Positions 37,477 to 50,200 of a DNA stretch of 64,000 nt are shown in pieces. Each line of letters begins with the position of its first letter. Within the stretch, counting starts at the first letter, position 1. A program made the translations under genes and the position numbers. Source of the DNA: Mytilus trossulus (lineage: Eukaryota); the NCBI RefSeq assembly GCF_036588685.1, contig NC_086382.1, positions 72,664,001 to 72,728,000 of the forward strand. The letters are read 5' to 3'. The notes under the pieces were generated by a model that was not told the origin of the DNA, did not search any database, and saw only the letters and a program-made list of their open reading frames with translations.

Positions 37477-40264
37477 TTTGATAACTATTTGTAAAACGTC
37501 ACCAATGTCTGAGCAGAATTTTGATGAACCAGGGTAATGTTAAAAACAGAAGATAATTGGAAGGATCCAAGACCTTGTTATTAAATATTTCGTACCTACG
37601 TCACAATTGGTACATGATAGTTTTGAAGAATAGATTCTGAGTACTTACCTTGTTTGTCAACTTCATAACGTGTAAATAAACTCATCATAGATACCAGGTT
37701 TCAAATTTTATATCTACACCAAAAATATATTCTTTCATTTATCTTTTTGAATATTGATTTTACTGTTTAGTCTATTTTTGGTGTTCATTTGACGTGGCTA
37801 CATACTTGTACACCCCGTCATTGTGTTGTTGTGTTACAGTAAATTTTTGTATTCTTGTCTTTCATTTTTGCTTATGTGCTTTGTCTATATGCCATTTTGT
37901 ATATCTTTGATACATATTGCTTTGTTTTTATAGTGATAACGCTGATAACACAATGCTGACTGTTGGACCACTATTTTGTTATTTTTACCTATTGTGTCTG
38001 GATTGTTTTTTCAAACTCCATTGTCAATATAATAGAACGTTATGCGACTGTTATACACGTGTGAGGTTTAACTAGGTATATAACTAGGTTAAATCCACCA
38101 GGTTTTTTTACAAAATGAAATGCCTGTCTGAGTTAGGAATATGATAGTTGTAATCCATTCGTTTAATGTGATTGTGTTTTTAATTTTGCCAATTTTACGG
38201 GACTTTCCGTTTTAAATTTTCATCGGAGTTCATAGTTTTTGTGATTTTACTTTTTATTCTCGATAAAAGAAACGATTTTTTAGTGGAAGAAGACGTCAAG
38301 TCTTCTGAAGACTTAAGGGGCCGACCCTTGGCATTGAGTCTCTGTATGCCGCATTCGTTTCTGTGTATTACAATTTCAAAACAACTTAGATTCCTGACAC
38401 CGATTTTTACACATGATTAGGCATCTGAATCATTTAATTTGTAAATTATGATTGTAAAACAATCACAATCGTAAATATGACCCTTTTATTAATGTAAATT
38501 ACTAGATTTCATCTCATCCACATGAACGTTATTTGTTTACTTGTAACAGGATGTTTTAACTGTAGATATTTGTATTACGCATGCGTGAATTTGGTATCGG
38601 GACAACTCGCCCTGTTTACAAGTTCGCCCTTGAAGTTACGAATTTTCAATCCTGCAGACAAGAAGATTTTGTTTTTATATAAATAAAAAGGATATATAAA
38701 GTGTTGTCTTTATTCATGGTTTTCTTTTGTCATGTGAATTAGATGCCCTTCGTAACATACAAGTGAACCTCCCGTTTAGGAGCAAAAACTCCCGTGTATG
38801 AAATTTTTCAGACTCCATATTTGAACATTTACTACTGTACGGGTGTAATTGACACCTGTGTTAAATTTTACCTGAACATCAAAGAAGATGTATAATTATA
38901 TGGCTTCACTTGACAACTTGGGTGTCAAACATACTGGTAATCAACGATGTTTACCTCCGGCTAACTGCCGTTGTGTTATCAAAACGATGTGTATTGGGAA
39001 TATTGAAATACTTTTTTGTTACTTCCCTTTGTTTTATCCTGTTTTCAGTTATTTTGCTTTTAAAATTGTAAATTGCAAAAAGACTAAAAATGATTAATAT
39101 TTTAATCATTAATCATAAAAGGATGTTGATTAAATGAATTTAAATGATTTTGGACAAATAAAAAAATTAAAATTTGTAAATTATTTTAGCAAACTAGACC
39201 TCCTTTCAAGGATTAAATTGAAGTTTATATAATAAATTTGTTTACATCTGATTTGATTTAACATACAATATGTGCAACTAGACTAATAAAAGGTCTAGTA
39301 GTTGGATCCTAGTAAAATTTTGAAATTTAAATTTGTAAATGTTAGTAAATAGCAAGACATTGTACACTGTTTTTAAGTCTTTTTAAGCTTTCTACAAATA
39401 TGACTTTCATAATGCTTAAAATCCATGCAGTACTAGTGTTAGTGTATGTTATTTTTTTAATTAATTTACGATGTTGCAAATATACATGTGGAGCTTATTT
39501 CTTTCTTATTTGTCTATACATTTACAAATGATAAGGAGATGGAAACACGAACAAAAATATATACAGATAAGATATATAAATATAATGATTCATTTGCAAG
39601 CAGTGAACAATCATTTGTCAAAAACAAAATAAAACAAAACAAGAAACAGATTCTTCTTATTATTTTATTTAATTCAAATAGAGAGGCAATAAGGGAACTA
39701 TAAACATTACAATTTGATGGAAATTTGATGAAAAAACACAATTTCTACATCATTTGGTTACATTAACGACAAAATTTATGTCGATAAAAAAACATGATGT
39801 TTTGACCATTCAGTACTTAATAGATGCATAGTTCTTGGGGAAAAGTTTCATCAAATAATATGAATATAAATGACTTTTTTTGTGCTCATTTTTTTCAGTG
39901 GGTTGTGATGATCTTCCAGTTAGGTTACCCTCATTTGGAGTGTTGTTCCCAACTTGTTAAAGGTCCATCTTTGTGCATAATTCAAAATTGGAAATTTCAA
40001 CAAGCATCTAATATTCTTAATCTGGAAAATAAACCCTGGTCTGCTAGCTTCATGTATATTTTTTCTACCGATTTAATATATAACTAGAATCATGCAAACA
40101 GACTTAAGGAAAAGGCATGTAAGTTCATCATACAAATATGACACTTTTTCTAGACAATCCAGATCTTGCAAAATACGTCGCTAAAAATTGTAACCTTTAA
40201 AATTGTTGTTGTGCAGTAAAAACCAATATGGAAACTTTCAAAAGTTATGTAACAAGTCTTACTA

Positions 40265-40523
40265 TTTTTATGCTCCATTTATGGGCAATATGTTTTCTAG
40301 TCTGTCCGTCCGTCCTGCTTCTGGTTATAAAGTTTATGGTCGAGGTAGTTTTTGATGAAGTTGAAATCCAATCAACTTGAAACTTAGTACACATGTGTTC
40401 CTCTTGATATGATCTTCTTAATTACTGCCAAATTAAAGATTTTACCTAATTTTCATAGTCAACTGAACATAGAAAATGATTGTACGGATGGGAAATCCAT
40501 GTACTTATGACCTTTTCTTGTTT
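40265..40523 (+). mobile_element. Short HINE-like element with a (GTCC)n microsatellite
   Basis: tttttatgctccatttatgggca hairpin start, gtctgtccgtccgtcc tract, T-rich ends. Confidence 0.5.
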
Positions 40524-41609
40524 GAAGAAAAAAAATACATTTTAACGATAATGGAACAAAGCAGCCTGGGTAAGTGGGGGCTGCTTTTATGGTAATTCAA
40601 GTTACCTTTTATTCACCTTCTTCCACTTCAGAGCTATCAGCTCTTTGATTATTTCTTATTGTTCGTTATCTATTATTATTTTTTTAACTTATGTTTTCCT
40701 TATCGATTAATGAGATTTAAACAAACGACTTTAACCTATATTGTTTTTCGCATGTTTAGTTGATTAATAGCGTTTGACTTTGTCAGTGGACTTCCCCTTT
40801 TTAATTTACCACGGCGTTTCCGGGTCTTTTGTTAAACTATTTTAGACGTCTGACTTTTGTTAATATCACATGTGTTTATTTGAAGCTTCCGAAGAGCATT
40901 GAGAGGATTCGCATTACAGAGAAATACCCAAAAATGTTATCATTATTGAAAAATGATCAACACACACAGCTTGTAGGATTTATAAAATACAAATATATAA
41001 TGTGTTGAGAAACACAGTTTAGTAACTCGTGACTTCATATCGGACTAATGCAAACATTCAACTATCTAACTTAAAAGACATTTAAAAGTCCATGTACATA
41101 TGCAACTTGGTAGCCAAATAAAATATAGAGCTCAAATTTATGGCTGTAGATAAAACATACTAGGTTACAGTTCATTAAATAAAATCCAATAGAGTATTCT
41201 TTGGTGGAGGTTCAAGTTTTTTTTTATTCGCATAAATGTATATTAGTCCACTATTTTTATATTGAAGTGCTTTTACACCCTATATTTCGTAAGAAAACTG
41301 GCTACCAATCTTTTTTGCACATGCAACATCATCATTTGGTCAACAACAAACAAAGTTGTTGTAAGTTTTATATTTTTAAACTAGATTACAAGTTTAACCA
41401 CATATTAAGCAAGTTACGATTCGTGCAAAGTTTGCAACCAAATCTGAATTTTATAGTTAAATCGTTCTGACACTGCTCTCAAACCTATTATAGAATTGAA
41501 AAATATTTTTAAAAATCAAATCTCGACACATTATTCTTATGAAATGTTTGAATGGAAATTTATACGTTCTATATATATATATTTCTGTTTTTAATGGTTT
41601 ATTATCTAT

Positions 41610-43304
41610 TCAGGTTTGAACATGGTAAACATAAACACACTCCCCTCCATTACTAGTAAGCACCAGCTCATTAGTTCTGTTGTTGAAATTTACATGAGAA
41701 ACACTCGCTATTCCATCCTTTTCTGTTAGCACAGTATTTCGTTCGCCAGATCTCAGTTTCCATAGCTTATTTGTTATAGGCTCACAAACATATACACCAC
41801 CAGATGCGTCGCTTGCAATACGACAACTGTTACCTATATTGCTATTTTTGTAATATACCGCGTGTTCTCCAATAACCGATACCTCTGAAATTTCGTTCCG
41901 GTCCTTGTGAGTGCAGATGAACGAATCGCAGCGAAAATTCATGCACATATCACTTATATCCGTTTTCAAAGGAATTGATTTTAATATTTCACCCTCAAAA
42001 TTTATTGAACAAATATATGTTGAGTCTTTTCCTTTGATACAACACTCGATACACACCCATATCTGGAAGCCTTTTCCAAATATAAATGAACACTCGATAT
42101 TTTGACCTGTATCTTTTCCAACCAGAGTGTCAATGCATGGTCGAATATATTTCCTGTCTGTTGTGATTGATTGTACATCAACGACAACTATCGGTAGTTT
42201 GTTCTTACACGTGACTAAAACACGCGATTTCTCAAAAGAACACAACTGGTTGGGTTCCTCGGGAAGTGATATGGAAACTCGCTCAGTTTTCCCAGATTTG
42301 ATATCAAAAATGCTAAGTTTGTATTTTGAATCCCATTTTGATTCTGTTAGAACGATTCGATTGTCTTCAGTAAAGCAACATGCACCAAATATGAAACCTT
42401 TAGTTGGCGTTAGCGTCTGTATTTTGGTTGCTGATATAAATTCTGTTGATATTTTGCCATGGACATTTAATTTTGTTTTGTTTAGCAAGGAATGATCGGT
42501 ATATCCTGTTCCTTCTAACGATGAGATTAAATCTGTCAATTTCCTTGTAAAATTTGCTGGTATCATGTTAAGTTGAATTGATTCCAGTTCTTGATTTGTT
42601 TTTGCAATGTCGTTTTCGTTGGCATCCTGTTTTGACCTAAGGTTGTGCAACACTAGAAATATATGTGTTTGATTAGTACTGTAATTAAGGTGATCTGCTG
42701 TTTCCATATTTGAATCTAAATCACTTTGTAATGTTTTTAACTTGGTCTCAATTTCTGATATATTGTGATTCTGTTGGCTAAATCTGCATAATACCCCTTT
42801 CTCTATTTGGTCCAACTTTCCATTAACTAACTCACGAATGTTCAAAATTTCATTGAGAATTGAGGTCTTTTGCTGATGCAATTGTTTAGAACGATTTGAT
42901 ATTTTGAACACAGTATCCTTTGTGCTAATGTTCAATCGTTTCAAACTTTCTTGTAAATTTTTTAAAGCAAGTCCATCCTTTAGTTCCTCAGAAGCCTTTT
43001 CTATTGATTGTACATTTTTACATTTACTGTGAAAGTCAGATATACACTTCTGACACAACACTTTTCCATGACATTTACAGAAAGCTTTTAATTCTTGACC
43101 AGCATGGCGACGGCATATCTTTATAATAGTCCTGTCCATTATTGAAATTTTATGAATGTCATTCACTTTATGAGGAGTTGCAAATTTTCTATGGACTTTC
43201 CCGCATGGATCACATAATGCTTCCGAACAATCATAGCACCATAAATCTGCCTGAATCTTCTCATTGTCCCTTAGACAAGCTGTGCAATTCTCTGATTTTT
43301 GCAT
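41610..43304 (-). CDS. RING-less TRIM-like protein: two B-boxes, coiled coil, divergent NHL-like beta-propeller
   Basis: 564-aa ORF with CTAC...WCYDCSEALCDPCGKVH...H and CRRH...FCKCHGKVLCQKCISDFH, a heptad-rich middle and a beta-rich C-terminus. Acceptor tttcag|acATG; candidate upstream donor AG|gtaagt at ~43672. Confidence 0.88.
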   Translation of the reverse strand: MQKSENCTACLRDNEKIQADLWCYDCSEALCDPCGKVHRKFATPHKVNDIHKISIMDRTIIKICRRHAGQELKAFCKCHGKVLCQKCISDFHSKCKNVQSIEKASEELKDGLALKNLQESLKRLNISTKDTVFKISNRSKQLHQQKTSILNEILNIRELVNGKLDQIEKGVLCRFSQQNHNISEIETKLKTLQSDLDSNMETADHLNYSTNQTHIFLVLHNLRSKQDANENDIAKTNQELESIQLNMIPANFTRKLTDLISSLEGTGYTDHSLLNKTKLNVHGKISTEFISATKIQTLTPTKGFIFGACCFTEDNRIVLTESKWDSKYKLSIFDIKSGKTERVSISLPEEPNQLCSFEKSRVLVTCKNKLPIVVVDVQSITTDRKYIRPCIDTLVGKDTGQNIECSFIFGKGFQIWVCIECCIKGKDSTYICSINFEGEILKSIPLKTDISDMCMNFRCDSFICTHKDRNEISEVSVIGEHAVYYKNSNIGNSCRIASDASGGVYVCEPITNKLWKLRSGERNTVLTEKDGIASVSHVNFNNRTNELVLTSNGGECVYVYHVQT

Positions 43305-44819
43305 GTCTGAAATGAAGTTAAATATGATTATCTAATAGAAAAGCTAGTAGTTCAAAGAGTATTCCTCTTCTGCTTAAAATATTCATCACAAAACAAAAAT
43401 TGCACTATTAAACAGTTCATATGTGCACATATAGATAAATATATAATGATTTATTACAACCATTTTCATTTAACACGGTAATATTTCAAAACAGTGGATT
43501 TTTTTATAAATATTATGAATCTATATGTTATATAAAATATTTAAAAACAATAGAAATATCACACTAACTACACATTCGATCATATTTTTGGGTCCTAAAC
43601 ATTTGTTCCGAAGTGACACAGGTACATCATAATACACAGCTAAAGTTATAATAATTTATAATAATTACTTACCTTCTACATTTGTTCTACAGAGATCCTG
43701 CAACTAAGTTCTGTCTAATATTCCAGGTATTCAAATATCAGTCCATTTCTGTGCCAAGTTAATTACCGATATGTTTGTATTTACATGTATCACGATACAA
43801 ATTGTATTTTAATTGTACAGTGACGTCAATGTAAGGAGATTTCAATTGTAGATATATAAAAGGTATAATAGTATACAAATAACGTATTTATAATTTACAC
43901 ACCTGAACAATATTTCATTTTTATGTAAATAAGGGTTAATAATAAGCCATAATCAATCCTCAGGTATTAAATATCATTTTGACGTATTACAAGTTGGACG
44001 TTGGTCCTTGTGATAAAAATGCATATAATTTTATTGTTCTTTGCTTAAAACATGACGCAATTATAATATTAGTGATTACGTTATAAAATTAACACCACAA
44101 TGGTTACGTGTTACTAGGTTATCTCAGTCCATTTTTAAAACCGATTTATTATTTGATATACAATGTAGTTTACAGTTCAAAGTAAGAAGTCAGAATGTAA
44201 ATCAAAAGTATTAACAAACAACGTAAGCCAAATGTGATTATGCATTATCTATGACGGATATATTTGAAAATCATATGTTTATAAATCGGCATACATTAAG
44301 TGGATTAAGAGGGTTGATACCCCATTTTTTGACAATCCAAGCTTTTGAATATTATAACACAAAGCTGACTGCTGTACCCTTTTTTGACATGTTTACCTAT
44401 TATGTCTGTTTGTGTTGTTATCTAACGTGGTCAATATAATGAAATTTTATGCGACTGTCATACAAGTGAGAGGTTAAGCTAGCTTTTCAACCTAGTTTAG
44501 TCCACCATTTTCTACAAGAGAATATGCCTGAACGAAGTCAGGAATATGACAATTATAGTCCATTCGTTTGAGGTGTTTGATCTTTTAGTTTTGGGATTTG
44601 ATAAGTGACTTTCCGTTTTAAATTTTCCTCGGAGTTCAGTATTATTGTGATTTTACTTTTTTGTTTAAGATGGACCCCTTTTATCTTGGGTTGGACCCAC
44701 CTTTGAAAATGACAGGATCCGCCCATGTGCGTGTGTTGTTTATCTGATTATTATTTATTCTATTGACAGAAGCTCGAATGAGCTATATGTTTTCGCAGAT
44801 GAAAATAAAGCGTTTGCAG

Positions 44820-45677
44820 AATTCTTATACGTTTAGGTATTTCACATCCAATTTTTTTATGGAAAAATTCTTTATAGAGCACAAAAATGTCAGTATTCAC
44901 CACAGAAACTAACTAAACCTTTAAATAGACTTATAAAGAAGGGATATAGTTACGATACTGTTGTCAGGTCATTAAAGATCGCATATTTTGGTGTTAATAT
45001 TGATTCACTTATAGGGTCTTTGCATCGTAACTAAATACATTTATTAAAAAAAAACAGTTGTTGGCATGACAAGGATTACGTTCTTCTCATATATGTTATG
45101 ATGGTATGATACTAAACCCCTTACGGGAAGGATTGTGCCTGATATTCATATGATTAAATCATAATCTTTCAATCAGTTTAATTGAAGTCTGGAGCCGGCA
45201 TGTCAGTTAACTGCTAGTAGTCTGTTGTTATTTTTGTAGTATTGTCATTCTATTCATTTTCTTTTGTTACATCTTTTGACATCGGACTCGAACTTCTCTT
45301 GAATTGAATTTTAAATGTACGTATTGTTATGCGTTTACTTTTCTACATTGGCTAGATGTATATGGGGAGGGGTTGAGATCTCATAAACATGTTTCACCCC
45401 GCCGCATGTTTGCGCCTGTCCCAAGTCAGGAGCCTCTGGTCTTTGTTAGTCTTGTATTATTTTAATTTTAGTTTCTTGTGTACAATTTGGAAATTAGTAT
45501 GGCGTTCATTATCACTGAACTAGTATATAATTGTTTAGGGGCCAGCTGAAAGACGCCTCCGGGTACGGGAGTTTTTCGTTACATTGAAGACCTGTTGGTG
45601 ACCTTCTGCTGTTGTTTTTTCTATGGTCGGGTAGTTGTCTCTTCGATACATTCCCCATTTCCATTCTCAAGTTTATT
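44820..45677 (+). mobile_element. Penelope-like retroelement 3' fragment (ORF C-terminus plus 3' region)
   Basis: Frameshifted peptide GISHPIF/YGKILYRAQKCQYSPQKLTKPLNRLIKKGYSYDTVVRSL...*, then a ~640-bp tail ending cattccccatttccattctcaa, a terminus also seen at ~18790, 26480 and 36930(-). Family assignment is from memory. Confidence 0.55.
45350..45441 (+). ncRNA. Twister-like motif in the 3' region of a Penelope-like element; cleavage-site A mutated (tttCacccc), probably inactive
   Basis: Same family as 37166-37256, with substitutions in P5 and at the U^A site. Confidence 0.55.
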
Positions 45678-45934
45678 TGTCAACCAGTAACGGACCGAAT
45701 AAATTCGTAGATCTTAATTTACAAACAGTACTGATGGACCGATGTCTACGGATGTTTTTGTATTAATAAAATTTGCCGTAACAGAATGTTTTAAATTATT
45801 ATAAATTAAGGAATGTCTCTCCCTAATGCAAAGCTGTGATTCCTTTCACGGATTTGGCTATACTTTTCGGACCTTTTGGGTTATAAATCTTCATCTTTTA
45901 TATAAGCTTTGGATTTCAAATATTTTGGCCACGA

Positions 45935-45978
45935 GCAACACTGAAGAAACATGTATTGTCGAAATGCGCATCTGGTGC
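45935..45978 (+). ncRNA. Hammerhead motif of a divergent repeat family (partly decayed)
   Basis: gcaaca CTGAAGA aac-atgtatt-gtc GAAA tgcgca TC tggtgc; the stem III palindrome covaries (tgcgca vs cgcgcg). Confidence 0.6.
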
Positions 45979-46669
45979 AGGGAAATTGATATCGTTAATG
46001 TTATGACTATGCCTGTACAATTTTTATTCGATTTCATTGTAGCAAAATAAGATTTAGTAGTCGCAGATACACGTATTTGTGAGAAAAGTTGAGGTCTTAT
46101 GCTAACTGTTACATTTTTTTTAAATATAAAAGTGAATTCAATCAAAAGTTTGTCAATTTAATTTGTTTTCCCTTTTATATCAAACGTTTCACTTTTCACC
46201 GTGATTTGTTGCTCGACTATTTTTACCAAATGCAAGCATTAGATACGGCTTAACGTCTTATTTGGCTTATATATGTGTATATGACTGTAGTAAAGTCAGA
46301 GAAGCTTTTGAAGAGCATTGAGGATTCAAATTCCAGAAAGGTTGGGTCAAATACGGTTAAGGTAATATATGCCTGGGATAAGAAAATCATTAGTTTTTAC
46401 AATAAATTTAAAGTTGTGTAAACAGGAAATTAATGAAAATGACCATATTATTGATATTCATGTCAACACAGAAGTGTTGACTACTGGGCTGGTGATACCC
46501 TCAGGGACGAAACGTCTAATTACAACAATATGTCATACTTTCTGATATGTATCAAGTATACATGTATTAGAAAAGAACTAGCAAAAAACTGAAGGGGGAA
46601 GTCCATAAAAAACTGAAAAAATCAAACGCTCGACTTAACAACATACATAACAAATGGAAAACAACTGCT

Positions 46670-47090
46670 TTGATACGTGACTGCACTTAAATGTTTACTA
46701 GATAAAAATTTTGTTCGCTAAGGACATTCCATATATCGCCAAGTTATTGGGATGTCAATGGGAACTTACTGTGCACTACTAATTGCGGTCCTGATTCTGT
46801 ATTGTTACGAGTTGTAATTTAGGACTTAAATCAGCAAAGAACCATCAAAACAACATCTGATACAAACATTTTATAAAAGTTATAGATATTTTCATGACAC
46901 ACTGGCTCTCAATAATGACGACTCTCGTATGTATACTAAATATAGTTATCCCTATGATCTGACTTTAAATAAAGATAATACTAACAATTAACACTGCCCT
47001 TTCCCAGATCTTGATATCTATATCTTTAGCAGGAAGTTCAATACCAAATTTATGATGAAAGAGATGATTTTTCATATCCTATTATACATA
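46670..47090 (+). mobile_element. Decayed Penelope-like reverse transcriptase fragment
   Basis: YRQVIGMSMGTYCALLIAVLILYCYE and YRYFHDTLALNND resemble the PLE RT motifs Q..GIPMGT.CAP..ADLFL and RY.DD; stops and frameshifts present. Confidence 0.7.
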
Positions 47091-47269
47091 TCTTTTTTTT
47101 ATAATTTGTAAAAGTGGAGTACTGCTAGAACATTGTCTACGGTTAGGTAGAGTCTTTGCATTGGCGTCATCAAATGTTTAGAGCCCTTAGTTTTTGTAAA
47201 GTAATCTAAGAAATAGCTCAAACAAAAAGATGATTTTATTGTAAAAAAAAATACGGGTCACAATTATGC

Positions 47270-50200
47270 TTAAAGCATATCTTTTGGCATTTCGCTATAT
47301 TTATTAAGAACTTTTCTGTCTACTATAGTGAATTGTCTGGTAAGTATGTTTGAAGATATCACTTTCGATTGTCCCGGTTGCTGACCACCTATAAATAACT
47401 GTATCTTTCCTGAAAAAGAAATGAGATGGTTTTTTTTACTTTTTCTTTAACATTTATATTCATTACTAGTACTTAAACACAAACTCTGCATATTAAGCAT
47501 TGACCAGATTTCCTTACAAAGAAACGAAATACCATTGTCAACGTCCACACATAAGTTTTATTCAATTATTCAAAATATGTAAAATAAAAAACAAAATATA
47601 GACAAAAACAGCTTTGAAAACGATTTGAAACATTATTTTACTGAGCTGGGCACATAATTCAGCTTAAAACATATTTCTTATCCACGCAAAGTGCCATTGG
47701 ATCTAATTATTATTCTATCGCGAATAAGAAACATAAAATGACCTACCAAAGCTTTCAGAAAGAAAAAAAAGCAAACTCGGTAATGCACATGTTATTTGAA
47801 AGACTTAAAAAATATATAAAAATGAATTCTTGATCGTCCTTTAAATAATCCCTTTGAACATTACAAACGTAGAAGAAATCAACAGGAACATTGTACATGA
47901 TCTTTATTCTTATATTTATTTTTTAAGCATTAGCAGAATCAAAGACAATCGGAATTACCTGGTTCTATAACAAATCCGTCCTTGTCATCCCATACCGCCA
48001 TAGATTCAGGTGATATAAATAACAAGAAGTTCAACACCTGTTGTGGCTCCAGGTGAACTCTCTTAAATGACACTAACTGAATATTTGGCATCTCTTGTGT
48101 AATGTTTGTCCATTTAAGGTATATCTGTACTATCTGTAACAAAAAGACTCACAGCAATAACAATATATGTTCGTGGGGTATATTTCAGTAACGTTGTTAT
48201 ATTTAATAGAAAAATATAAATCTAGTGGGGTTTTTACTAGTTTTTTTTCTATGATCGTTTGCAATTTAACATATAGATCTGTTTTAACGTCTTCTTTATG
48301 ATTTATTAATTTTATTTGTATACATTTTCAACATTGGTTTCAAAAGAAAAAATTACAAAAATACTGAACTCAAAGGAGATCCTATTAGATAGTTCATAAT
48401 CACATGGCAAAATCAAATGACAATACACATCAAAAACGAATGGACAAGAACTGTCATATTTCTGACTTAGTACAGGCATTTTCAAATGTAGAAAATGGCT
48501 GATTAAACCTGGTTTTATAGCGCTAAATCTCTCACTTTGTACGACAGTGTAAAATATAAAGGGATGAACACTCATTTCCTTTGAAAAACAAACAAATATG
48601 TATTATAGTGACAGATGTTAAATAATTTTTATCATATATTATGTTTCGCATGCTCCTATTGGATGTGTGCAAGGATATACATACTGCACTTATATTGTAA
48701 TTATTTATACCTCATCTCCGGCATATGGACCACTATTGCCTACTTCGATTCGTATCCCTTGTTTAGTTCCAGCTTTGATAGATGGATTCATCCATGCGTT
48801 ATAATAATAGAATTTGGAATATGATAATCCATAGCCGAATGGATATAGTGGTTTTCCAGTAAAATATCGATAGGTTCTCTGTGTCATGGAATAATCTGTC
48901 ATTGATGGAATCTGAAATGTTATATTTGCATAGTTTTAATTGTTGGAGTGCTGTGAAATTCGTGTACTTATTAACAAAAGTATGAAAATATAAGCAATTA
49001 ATGGAATGGTATGTTTCAAAACTACTACTTTGAACTTGATTTCTTGACATATTTGCTTGCTCACTCATTAATCCATTCATTTTTATTTACATCAATGTTA
49101 AAAGTGATACCTAGTATGCATCATCATGGTAAATGGTTGTCGTCTTAGTAATTTCGAATGGTTACTGAGGGTACTGTACCATTTAATGTCCTTTATAGAA
49201 TTGTTTAAATCGAAAATAAAAATAGCGGTATGTTAAATACTTCTTTCTTCCTTTTATTAAAATATTTCGTTACTAAATCAATAACTTGTTCACTATTGAT
49301 GACCATAAATTTGAAATATTTAATAGATGTTCATCAAATAATAAATTTCGTGGACGATGTAAATTTCTGTTTTTGAAGTTTTTATTATGTAAATAACCTG
49401 ATTCCTATTCTTATACCACGTAAATGGCAGCCTTCCTGCAGGATTTGAATTGTTTCCACTGTTAGTTAACACCTGCTTAATGGCATCCCCAGTTGCTTGA
49501 GCAGGAAAAAAACATTCCATAATGGAATATATACGCGGGTGTTCATCCATCCAAGTTATATTTAAGGGTCCAGCATTAAATAACAAAAGTACAATTGGTG
49601 TAGATCCTAAGAAAAATAAAACTTTGAAGTTTTAATTTAGATTTACTCACATTCAATAAATATAAAGTATATGGTAAATGAAAAAATTAAGGTTTTTCCT
49701 AGTTCAAACATAATCCAATGTAAAATAGAAATGGAAATGTGAAATAAAAACTCCTGAAGTTTGACGCCCTTACACTCGCAGGGTTTTGTATCTTACCATG
49801 TACCAAACAAACTAATCTTAATGAAATAAAATAAACATAGATAGCAACCGAAAAATCCAGCCTGGTCAACAAATTTCATCTGATGTAAGCGGATTACATA
49901 ACGATTTACGCTGTGAGCAGATCGTATTGCATAAAAGTGTGTGTATTCACACATGTTATAACCGTTGAAGTCCGACTGAAATTATGCATTCTCAATTTTA
50001 TTTAATGAAAAAACTTCTTTTGTGACTATCATTTTTGTGCTAGCAGATCTTTAGTGAGATATTCAGCTATCTACAAAACATGTTTAATCCACCATTTTCT
50101 ACATAGGAAATTGACTGTATCAAGTCAGGAATATGACAGTTGTTATCGATTCGTTTGATGTGTTTACGCTTTTGATTTTGCCATTTGAAATCTTTAATTA

